DNA of 64,000 bases, taken from Podarcis filfolensis. Lineage: Eukaryota. The position numbers and the translations under genes are program-made. The stretch is taken from the NCBI GenBank assembly GCA_964270895.1, contig OZ185449.1. One strand, given 5' to 3'. Below, in pieces: positions 14,119 to 26,100 of the stretch. The notes beneath the pieces are model-generated. The model worked only from the letters and a program-made list of their open reading frames with translations, searched no databases and was not told the origin of the DNA. The number at the start of each line of letters is the position of its first letter. The stretch's first letter is position 1.

Positions 14119-17100
14119 GAAAAATGTATTATCCTCAGCTTTCAAAAACATCCTCAAGGCAGAGCGTTGACAAAAATGGTTTAACTTCTCAGTTGTGATG
14201 ACCAGCTACCCTTTGGGATAGTTTATGCAACTGGCAAATTCAAGTGTTAATGTTACAGATGGAATGGGGTGGTTTTTTTTCTTCATATTTACCGGTACAT
14301 GTCACCCTGTAAAAAAACCCCCAAACGCCCTGTACCTTGAAAATTGGCATGTGAGGTGGAAGAGTTGAGTCTAACCTTGCAGATGTATTATCTTTCTACA
14401 GATAGACTTTAAAAAAAACCTGGGGAATGTTCAAACATATAACTCTCTTGCTGCGTGAAATGGTTCCGTTCAAGCAAAAAGAATACCACTTACTTTTGCT
14501 GGTCTGTGTAAACTTGCCATCTTGCAAGAATTAGAGAGTCATCCTTGTCTGGAATGGAACTCCAGCAGGGATGTAGACTTGAAATTCCATCATGCATTTT
14601 GTTCTGTGTTGTGTATATAGAAGTCTGTCTTAATGTAGTAAAAGTTCTGAAAGTTTCTGTGTTTCTGTTTGAAGCATTTTATGCTTTATTCCAATGTTAT
14701 GCATTTTATTTTTTGAAAAGAGCTTGATTTCTTTTTTTTTGGACGGGGGCAGAGGAAATGTAAGATTTTTCTGCACCCCCCCCCTCGGTTTATGCTTGGC
14801 TGGTTTGGGACTCTTTCTGGTGCTATGTCTGCATTTAGATATTACCCAAGATACGGGGCCCTCATTCTTGGTAATACTGTGGTTTTTGGCATGGAGTTCT
14901 TCGAGCAGCTGTCTAAATAGCAGGATCTGAATGCTGCCAGTGTGACTTTTTCCCCTTGCTGTGAGAGGAAGGCCCTTTCCTTTCCCATACATTTGCTTCA
15001 AGTTGTGAAGAGACACTGGCTATTTCATTACTTGTATCTAGGAACTAATTATCTCTCATTGGGGTAACTCCATTAAAGATATTTAACCCATTTTTATGGG
15101 GGATCCTGACTATTTTCTCCCTACCAGCAGTCCAAACACTGGGGAGATATTTCTTCTTTAACCACTGCAAGGCAGCTATTTTTCCACCAACCTGGTGCCC
15201 TCTGGACATTTTACCAGAGATTGTGTTGCATTAGGGCAGAGGAGATGTAACGACAGACACTTTGTCTTTCCTGAGAATAAAGCATGAACAAAAACCAGGG
15301 AAGTAGGAGTAACTGAATTCCTACTTATGCCTCCCTAGTGATTTTACAAAAGGGACTGGTAAACAATGCAAGAAGAGCTTTGTTCCCCCTTTGGATGGTT
15401 GGACAAGATGCCCCTGTGTCTTGAGTAATTACACAGAAGCAGGGATTTTGGCAGGGATTTTTCCTCTTGCTCCCTGTAGCACTCAGATGTGGCAAAACCC
15501 ACCTGCCAGTAAAGCATCTTCTGCACAATTAATGTATAAAGCTTCTGTCCACAGGACTGTTGGAAGATCTATGAGACATATAAACTACTGTGGTTAATGC
15601 CTGGTAGCCAGAGGGCAGGTGTACATGTAAGGCTTTCCTTGACCCTTCTTCCTGAAGGCTCAGTGTGCTGGCTTGATGCTTGCAAGGCAACCCTCCCTTG
15701 CACATACTTTTCTCAACAGCTGGAGGGTGGCATCATATAGCACCACTTCGTGCCAGTCTTTCAAAGCCATTTTTGCCTTTTGCTCAGCATGCTTGTATTA
15801 AGCATCACCCTATTGTATGGATCTTGCATTTTTGCCAGTCAAAAAAATCCTTTATAAAACAACCCCCCTAAAATGTTCCAGCTACCCGAAGCCGGAGCCG
15901 ATCGAATATTCAAGTGGACCAGCATGCAGACCATGATGGATTCTCTCAGGAGACGATACAAGAAGTTCAACCAGAAGAAGTATTGGTTATTTCCCTCGGG
16001 ACTGGGCCCCAAATAACTCCAGGAATGATGTCAGAAAACGAGGTATTGACCCAGCGAGGCTTTGAGATCTGTGTAGGTGGAAGTAGGTGCTGTGCAGCAC
16101 AGGATGCTACCTTAAATTCAGATAGTACTAGGTGCTGTGGAACTATGAAAACATTAACAGCTGTTTTCCAACAGCAAACACGTATCTGCCCCTCCTTGAT
16201 CCAGCTTTCAGCAAACATGAAGTAGTACTTCTTTCACATATGGGTTTGGTTAACTGCAGTTAGTATATATTGTCTGGACCCACAAACCATGGTCAGCATT
16301 AACAATGTTTAGTTTAAGCAAGCCAGTTTAAGAAATTGTACTTTGAAGATGACTTTTTTTTTTAAAAAAAGTTCATAATAACTTGTTATTTGAACCCAAA
16401 ATAAGTTTTGGGTTAAACACAACAAGCTGTGGGTAACCAGAAGCAAAAGCTTATGAGCTCCTTCCTTCAGCCATATGAGAGGGCTCATTCATGTCACAGT
16501 AAACCATGATTTCATGTGACATCTGAACAGTTGCTGGATGTGGGCTTTCTGGGTGAGGTGCCTATCACTTCTATATTCAGGACAATAAATGTTAAGATAG
16601 ACACATGGCAACTTGATGATTCACCTCCTCATCTCCCCACCCCCGATGTGAAGGTGAAGAAGATGATGTAAAGGATCCTGTGATGTAAATGTTAGATTTA
16701 TTATGGGCTTCACAAGCACTTGGCAAAAATGATAGCTCTGTATTTGCCATATTTAGTGAATATACATCTATTATTTCTTAAATATAGACAGTTTAATTTA
16801 GTATGTGATTTCTGCTATGTTCTAATGACTCCAAACAAATTGGAGAAGCAGTTCTGATACCAAATCGCTACACTCCCAAAAGTTTGATGGCACTAGAAGC
16901 CAGAGAGACTCTAAGTTAAAAATTCTGGCTTAAAGGTATTTGGCAAAGAATAATTTTTTCTTGACTGTCAATCCATGACCAAAATGCTGACCACCCCCAC
17001 CCCCCTTTTCCTAGGTTTTAAACATGCAGCTTGCTGACGGAGGGCAAGGAGATGTCCCTGTTGATGAAACCAAACTCCACGGTAAACCTGATAAAACCTT

Positions 17101-20100
17101 GCGCTTTTCCCTCTGCAGTGATAATCTGGAAGGAATATCTGAAGGTGATGGCCTCTTGTCTGTCAGGCAATATTTAATAGGAGCTTCTGTTCATTGTAGC
17201 TGGTGTGTGCTTTGTATCTCAGCCACTGTTGTAAATGCTGTGATAGCTGCTCATTCCATTGGCCAATAATGTTTTGGTGTTTTTTTTATATATAACTTTT
17301 TGGTGCAGTTTTCTTTTTGATCACCTTGTCTAATGACTTCTGTCTGGTTCCTGGTTGCATTTAGTTGGGTGTATATTTCCTCTTACTGGGTGCGGGGAGA
17401 TCAGGCTAAATAGCACCATCTCTTTCCAACAGGCCCTTCAAATCGCTCCAATTCTGTGTCATCGTTGGACTTGGAGGGGGAATCTGTGTCCGAACTTGGT
17501 GCAGGCGGCCCATCAGGGAGCAATGGGGTGGAAGCCCTGCAACTGCTGGAGCATGAGCAAGGTTAGTGCTGACAATCAACACAGCCCAAGGCGTAGCTCG
17601 CAGATGCTGAACTCACTGCCTTTTTTGGCTTATGCCTATTTAGTTAGTTTAAAAGATTTTTTAATCCCACTCTTCACACACACAAAAAATCTTACAAATG
17701 CCAATGGCAAAAAAGTGACTTGCTAATACCAGTGATCAGTCACTGCTCTCAAATTTATTATAGTCAAACCTTGGTTTTCAAACGTCTTGGCTGCTGAACG
17801 TCTCGGCTGCCGGACGCCGAAAACCCGAAAGTGAATGCTTCCATTTTTGAACGCGCTTCGGAAGTCGAATGGCTTCCAAGGCACGTTTCTCAATTTTCCC
17901 CATTGAACTTGCTGACAGCCCTTTGATCCTCTGTTTTTGAACATTTTGGAAGTTGAATGGAACGGATTACATTCAAAAACCGAGGTTCCACTGTATCTAA
18001 AAAGACACAGTGCAAAATTAAAGGGGGTGGGAAAGCATTAGGAAAATAAGCAAACTTGGAACTTATTCCCGCTTTTACTCTATAAGAAGCCTAGGGCAGT
18101 GTACATTGTCCTCCTCCCCACCCCCCAAGTTGCAGGTCATGATTAAAGAGGAAAACATAAAGCACAGTTTCAGTATGTGGACAACCTGCACTGACCTGAA
18201 AAGCCCAGGAAGTAAAGCAGGTGCAAGCTTGTCTTCAGGAGACTGCATGGTTGCAGTAAACCATATTCTGACATGCAGACCGGTCACGTGTGTGTGCTTG
18301 CTTCATGTTTGTAAACAGAGTGTGCTACTTGTGCCCTTCCTAATACCTTGGGAGCTAATGGTTTTGATGCATGCAATGGATGGAAGCCTAGAGTTGGCTG
18401 CTTCAACTGTGGTCTACTCAAGTATGGTGAAAGATGGTTTAGATGCTAAAATGGGTTGTCTCCAACCAAGTTCTACTTGAACCTAGACCCATTGAAATTG
18501 ATGTTCCTAAGTGAACTGTGTACATTAATTTCAGTGTTTCTAACTTGGAGTAACAGCAGCACTGGGTACAACCCACTTTCTCTGGATTTCTTCTTTACCT
18601 ATGCATTGTCCTTCTCTTTCCAGGGATGATCAAATACAAAGAAGGACACTGATCTTGTATCTGGAACAGTTGAGTGGAAGGGGGAATTCTGGCAGATGAT
18701 TTCCCCCCTCATCCCTGTGTGATAAGCTATGCCTGCCAAAATTCCTGCTTCTGTTAAAGGTTCAATAAGCCTTCTGTCTTCTTTTTATGTGGTCATCCTG
18801 CCTCATGTTTACCTCAGTTCCCCACCTTTAAAAACACAAGCTATGAAATAATTGTGTGGGGATGCAAAGTGTTTTAACCAAACTCTGATCTTTTTACAAT
18901 AGCAACCACTCAGGATAACCTTGATGATAAGCTCCGTAAATTTGAGATCCGTGACATGATGGGGTTAACAGATGACAGGGACATCTCTGAGACTGTGAGC
19001 GAGACCTGGAGCACTGATGTTCTAGGGAGCGACTTCGATCCAAATATTGACGAGGACCGCTTGCAGGAAATTGCAGGTAACCGGTTTGCTGTTTGATGCA
19101 AGAAAAACACTGGTCCTTCTGCAAAGCAGTGAGGTGCCTGCACTCTGTATTTGGATGTGTGTTTTGAAGCAGGTACCCAAAAAGAGCGCACTGCACAATT
19201 GTTACCATGCTTTAAGGTTGAAACTATACATTTACTTAAGTCAGGAAGTATCTTGCAACCGTTCAAAGTTAGGAAACACCTGTTAACAAATTATGATCAG
19301 CAGGTTGAGAACAAATCTTGGCTATAGATCATGGCTTCTGGGGAGCAAAGCAAAACTGTTATCTTGTCCAGATGTAACATCAGTTTATGGGTTGCACTTT
19401 CTTTCCTCCCAGTGCTAGCAGGGAGGAGCAGAGGAGCCCATTTAAAGCATATTCATGTGATTTACAGACTGGGTTAAAGGATTCTCTGCATGGAGTGCTT
19501 TACTACAGTTCCCCAGAAGGTTGTTTTGCCTCGCAGTGCTAAATGTATGATGCATGGTTTTGACAGCACCTGATATAGTAACATGGTTACAGCTACTCAG
19601 GTTTAGTCAGGATTTGCTTAGATGGAAGAACCAATAGAGAGCTGCATAGACATTTCCCTTAGCATTCTATAGGAAGAGCAGGGTGTAAGTGTAATAAGCA
19701 GGAGCTCATTGTGTGGTCACTTCCATTGCCAGTGGCCCACTTCAACCCTACAGATGATGATGTGGGAAGGAGCCATGCAATTTGAGTAATACATGAAATC
19801 TGGGTAACTCATGTGGACATCCAGTAAAGGTGAATGTTGAAGAATCAGGATGGATAAAAGAAAGTATTTCCTTATGCACTGCAGAGTTAAACTTTGGAAC
19901 TAATTCTCACAGAAGCAGTGGAGGCCACCAACTTGGATGACGTTAAAGAGGATTAGACAAATCCATTGGAGGAGAGGGCTGTAAATGGCTGCTAGCCATG
20001 ATAGCTATATTCTGCCTCCACAGTTGGAGGCAGTAATCCTTCTGAATTCCAGTTAGCTGGAAACATCAGGAGGGGAGAATGCTCTTGTGCTTGGATCCTC

Positions 20101-23100
20101 CTTGCAAATTTCCGACAGGCATCTGGCTTGCCACTGTGAGACCGGAATGCTGTGCTAGATGGGCCATTTGCCTGATCCAGCAGGGCACTTCTTACATTCT
20201 TAAAAGATTGCAAGCTTCTCATGGGTGGTGGCCCATATTGTTTAGTGAGAATAAAGGTAAAGGGACCCCTGACCATTAGGTCCAGTCGTGACCGACTCTG
20301 GGGTTGCAGCGCTCATCTCGCTTTATTGGCCGAGGGAGCCAGCGTACAGCTTCCAGGTCATGTGGCCAGCATGACTAAGCTGCTTCTGGTGATCCAGAGC
20401 AGCACACAGAAATGCCGTTCATCTTCCCGCCGGAGCGAGACCTATTTATCTACTTGCACTTTACATGTTTCGAACTGCTAGGTTGGCAGGAGCAGGGACC
20501 GAGCAACGGGAGCTCACCCCGTCGTGGGGATTCGAACCGCCGACCTTCTGATCAGCAAGTCCTAAGCTCTGTGGTTTAACCCACAGCGCCACCCGCATCC
20601 CCTTAGTGAGAATAGGAGCAACTTAATGTTTTCCAGGTGGATAAGGTTTTTGCCTCTTGCACATTCGCCACTGGACAGCCAGAAAATGGATCCTTTCAGA
20701 GCTAACATAAGGGATAAAGGGTAGATGTAATTGCCTTTGGGTACCTTCCTGCCGTTAACAATTTGTGGGTTGCTTCCTCAGGTGCCGCAGCTGAGAATAT
20801 GCTGGGAAGCTTGCTGTGTTTGCCTGGTTCAGGATCGGTGCTTTTTGACCCCTGCACAGGCTCAACCATCTCGGAAACCACCAGTGAAGCTTGGAGCGTT
20901 GAAGTGCTACCAAGTGATTCAGGTTAGACTCCTCAGCTTTAAAGATAACTGATTTGTCTGTATGTCCCACACAAGCAGGGCTGTAATTATGAAAGGAATG
21001 CTACATTCTGGTTTCTTTGGTTAAGGAAACTTGAACTTCATTTCCATATTGAACTTCCCTTCTCTGTTGAACTTCTTACTGGAGACTTAAAAAAAATCCA
21101 GCAGGCTTTTAAATTGATATTATAGTTTTAACGCATTTTTAGTCTTATTGTGGGTCTCCTGTACACTGCTTGGGGACAACTGTGCCAAAACATTATACAA
21201 AATAAAATAAACAATCCTTCCCTACCTTCCAATCCCTTTCATATCTGGCAGAATCTCTGGATTCTGTCCAGCTAAGTTCTACTTAGAGTAGACCCATAGA
21301 GATTAACAAAGCTAAGATGGTCACACCCAGCTGTTTCAATGGGTCTACTCTGAGCAGGAATAATGTTGGACATGGTCCCTTGTCATTAACTTTAAATGTT
21401 CTCCATGACGTTTCTCCATCTCTTCTTGGCCTTTGTTTCCAATTACATTCTTGCCTATGGCCTCTGTTCCTTTGACTCTTACCACCCTTGGCTGCTGGAG
21501 GTCTTTTGCTTCCTTAAACATTTCTGTGCTCTCTGTGCTTGGAACTCTTTCCCAGAGCTGGACACAGAACTGTTTCTCTTTGTCTTCATTCCTTTAAACC
21601 TACTTTAATTAATTTAAACCTTAAGCTTCAAGGGTGGCGGCACCTGTGCTTTGGAACTCCCTCCCATGCACATTAGGCAGGCATACCTTCATTGTACTGT
21701 TTTCGGTGCCTGCTAAAACCTTTTTTGTTCCAGCAATCCTGCCCAGGCACGTGATTTTAGTAGGTATGCTTCAAAATTACTGACTTTTTATTGTATTTTT
21801 TATTTATTTATGTAGCCTGTTGATATGTGCTTTTATTGAAATTTTAAATTAACACTTGAGACTGTCATGTACTCTGCTTAGAGGTCTATTCTTCTAGTAA
21901 GCAGGATTATAAAATTTGTTAAATAAAATAAGCACATGGAGCTGCAGGTGCCTCTATCCATCTCTTCCCCCCCCCACCCTCTCTCCACCCCTGTTAGATC
22001 TGTAAGCTCTTTCCAGGCCAGGGACCTGTCTGCTGCCTATGAAATTCTGTAATGTGTTTTTTGCTGAGGGTGCTATATTAATAAATAGCTGTATATTTAT
22101 TAATCTACTAAAACACTGTCCAAAGGTGATTTACACATATCATAAAAAACACAAATACATATAAAACAAGGCTAAAACCATGACAAGTGGACACTCATAG
22201 TAAACGATCATTTATTCACCTGGGGAAGCCCATCAGAACAAAAATAACTTCCGTTATTTCCAGAAAGGGCAGAATGTGGGTGCTTTTTATTCCACAGAAT
22301 GGGGAAGCCGCACTAAAAGCCCTGCTCTGCGTTATTGTGGAGTGAGCTTTTGAGATTTTTGTAACTTGCAGGAGAGATTCTCCTGCGGACTGCAGTGGTC
22401 TGCGGGTGTATAAGGGATAAGGCAGTGTTTTAAGTAACCTGGTCTCAAGCTGTATAGGGATGGATGTGTTAGTACCAACGCCTGAACTTGGCCTAGTAGC
22501 AAATAGACAGCCAGTACGAATCTCACAAGCAAGGTATTATATACTGCTGATAGTTTGCCCCCACAAACACACTAGCTTCCTTGTTCTGCATTGGCTGTAG
22601 CCTTCAGATCAACCCCAAGGGGTAGCCACAAAGAGAGTACATTGCAGTGCTTCAACCGTGAGGTTACCAATGTATGGACAACTGTAGTCAACTAGTACAA
22701 GTAGTGCCTTTTCTCAACAGTTGACTCACCCATGCACACACTTTGTTTCTTTATGGTGGAGGAAGATATCCTTTGTTGGGTTGCTACTCTCATTCCAGAC
22801 AGTGGGGCCATTCAAATGAGGCAACCTAGAAGCCTCCCATGGGAGAGTAGCCTCCCCTGGTCTTCCATTCTGCCTACTCACCCATGCAAATGTTTCCTTA
22901 CTTCTCTACACAAACCTTATATTCTGGGGCCGTGGATCGATCCCAAACTATTTTCCTTATGGACCACTTGAAAACTGCTGAGACTCTTAGTGATTTTTCT
23001 TGTTGATTTTTATTCCTGTTGTAGCGATTAAAATGCACTGTGGTAGATGCCACGTGATTTTTTAAAGTGCATTTGTATTGCTTCTTTTGTTCTTTCGTAT

Positions 23101-26100
23101 TTTGAATTCCATAGAATCAAATTGTCATACAGTAAAAGACCAATACAGAAAAAATAAAAGTAGCAATAAACATACTGTTAAAATCAGTATGAATATTTAA
23201 TGCAGACATGCTCTGGACCACCTGAATGAAGCTTGTGGACCACTGGCGATGCACATACCAAAATTTGGGAATCCTTGCTCCAGGGAATTCTGAGGTTCTT
23301 TAGTTAGGAGATTTTCCACAATGGGGAGATTATTAACATCAGGGGAGCTTCTCTGAAAGGCAGCTTGCCTGCTACTTAGATCTCCAGCATGCATCTGCAT
23401 GGAAGGGTGATGAGTACATTTTGGGGCAGCCCTTCCCCAAGCTGATGCTCACCATATGTTGTTGGATACCCTGGGCTCTTGACTATGCTGTTTGGCGCTG
23501 ATGCCCCAAAACACCTGGAGGGCCACAGATTCACCTTCCCTGGTCTAGGGGATTCATGTGGGGGTGATAATAAGGCCAAGAGATCCAGGTCAATGTACCA
23601 TGTGAATTGAACATGACTCTGTGGCATCTGCACTGGGGTTCCAATGTTTGGGAAGTGTTCATGGAAGGTAGGAAATTTGTGAAAACTGGATGTAAAATTA
23701 CAAGACTACTGTATCTAGAAGGTGACCTGTGTGTTGTATTTCTCCCCACCCACAATTTAGAGGCACCTGATCTAAAGCAAGAGGAGAGGCTGCAGGAGCT
23801 TGAGAGCTGCTCTGGGGTGGGGAGCACCTCTGATGACACAGATGTGAGGGAGGTCAGTTCCCGCCCCAGCACACCAGGCCTCAGCGTCGTATCAGGTGAG
23901 ACCTCAGAAAACAACACATTATGTGAACAGTTGAAGCTGTGCTATGTCTAATAAGACTGCTTCTCCATCTAACCTGGTATTGTCTACCCTGAATGGCAGC
24001 AGCAGTCCAATATCTCAGGCAGGCGACTTCCTTAGCCCTGCTGCTGGAGATGCCAGGGATTTGAAAACTGGGGAAGTGACCTTAGCTCATATGGGCAGAG
24101 CATGCATTTTGCATGTGAAAAGATCCCAGGTTCAATCAATAGTATTCTAGACAAGAGTCAGGGAGCAGGTGAAAAGGAGGGAAGCACTCTTGGCCTGTGA
24201 GACTGGAGAGCCACTGCCAGTCAGAGATGGATCAATCTGATCTGGCATGAAAAGCACTTTCCTGTGTTCCTAATTGTGTGTCTCTTATGTGTTTGTGGCC
24301 TCTTTGTGAAACTTGTATATGGGATTGTCATCCATAAGAAGGCCAAGTCCTTTTTCAGTGTATGGTCTAGCTTCTCAAAATTGCTTCTCTCCTCTTGGCT
24401 CCATGCTAAGATGGCTCTTGTGAGAGTCGTTTTGCTGCCTCCCCACAAATGGCAGCCTTTCAAAGCCATACATATACTCACCACCCTCGGAAGAATTTTA
24501 GCTGGTCTAAGATTCCTGACAGCGTTAGTGCCTGGGTGAAGGAAAAGTCAGTAAACACTGCAGGAGGGTGGTCTTTGTGTGTGTTTCTTGCTGAAAAGAG
24601 GAGGAGAGCTCCTGCTCTAAGTTGTGAGAGTTGGCAGAGAGAGGTGTAGAGATTGATAACATGGCATAAAGGCAGGGAAATGCAATTATATATTCCTCCT
24701 CAAATATTTAATTGGGGATGAGAATTAAAGAGTTAAGCCCAAAGCATTCATTGTCGTCATTCTGCTTTCTGGACTTAATCAAATTCCCATAGAATAATTG
24801 AAGCAGGAGGAGCTCATAATCCAGCTGTAAAATAAAGGAGGGGAAATTGCATGGCTTGGATTGCTTCCCCAAGGGTACAGGGTTTGGTCTTGCTGGACAG
24901 GGTTCTAGATGTGGAGAGTAGGAGGAGGCTCTTGGCCTATAAATCCCATGCATTCATTGCTGGAACGGATATCCACTGTAATGGTCTAGTAAGTTACTGT
25001 TGTGCTGAATGTCTTCAGACTTGGTGGCTTCCCTTTCAGTGAGGTCTCTTGTTCTCTCCTAAGGCATTAGCGCAACCTCTGAAGACATCCCAAACAAGAT
25101 TGAGGACCTCCGCTCCGAGTGTAGCTCTGACTTTGGTGGGAAGGATTCAGTAACCAGCCCCGACATGGATGAAACAGCTCATGGTAAGGGGAAGCATGGG
25201 CCACCCTGCGGTGAGTTTCCTGGCAGCTTAAACGTCAATCCTGAAAGCATTTGAATTTACCAGATGAAGGGTGATGACATTCCTGATAGGGATGACCCCC
25301 CTGCTGGAGGCAGTCAAGGTCTTCAGGTCTTACTGTGTCCTATCCAGGGGAGAGGAGTCATCCTGTCTCTCCAGACTGACCCTTCATGTTGCTAGGGATG
25401 GTTGGGTCTTCACGTCTCTCCCTATGTATGGAGAGAAACACTTGTCTGAGTACTTGTTTTCTGTGGATTTTTCTTTCTGTGTACAATCTCAGTCCTCTCT
25501 TTACTTTCTGCTCTTCCTTGGTTGTTTCTGAATGAGTCTTGCATGTTTCCTCCTGCCTGCCTCCCCCACCCTCCAGCACCATCACACCTTCCATTTTGTT
25601 TTCCATTATACACACTATCTGGTTTTCAGCATTGCGGTATATCACCAGCTAAACATTGCAGTTTAGTGATATATCACAATGTCTGAAACATGGAACTATG
25701 TAGGGTGGAGCGGGGGAGATTGGGCAGAGCAGCAGTCATGGAGATTAATAGGTGTGTGCTATGTGCACTGCGAATTCCTCCTCCCAAAGGCAGGCGAGCC
25801 CTCATGTTTGGAGGGTGAACTCCTTCCACTCCTCCCTAGACAGAGGGAGAAGGAAGAATCAGAGAATCATAGAATTGTAGAGTTGGAAGGGACCCTGAGG
25901 ATCATCTAGTCCAACCCCCCGCAATGCAGCAATATGCAGCTATGCAGGAATATGCAGCTGCCCCATATGGGGATTGAACCTGCAGCCTTGGTGTTATCAG
26001 CATCACGCTTTAACCAATAGAGCTATCCAGCCCACCTGTGATTTCTGCATCAGGTAGAGACACCATGGTTATAGGGGGGCACCAAGGCTGGGACTGAGAG

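Noticed and set aside
25959-26032. Functional tRNA-Ile(GAT) gene on the minus strand
   Set aside because: Acceptor, anticodon and T stems contain several mismatches, and it is fused to a CR1-like tail; it is a SINE head.
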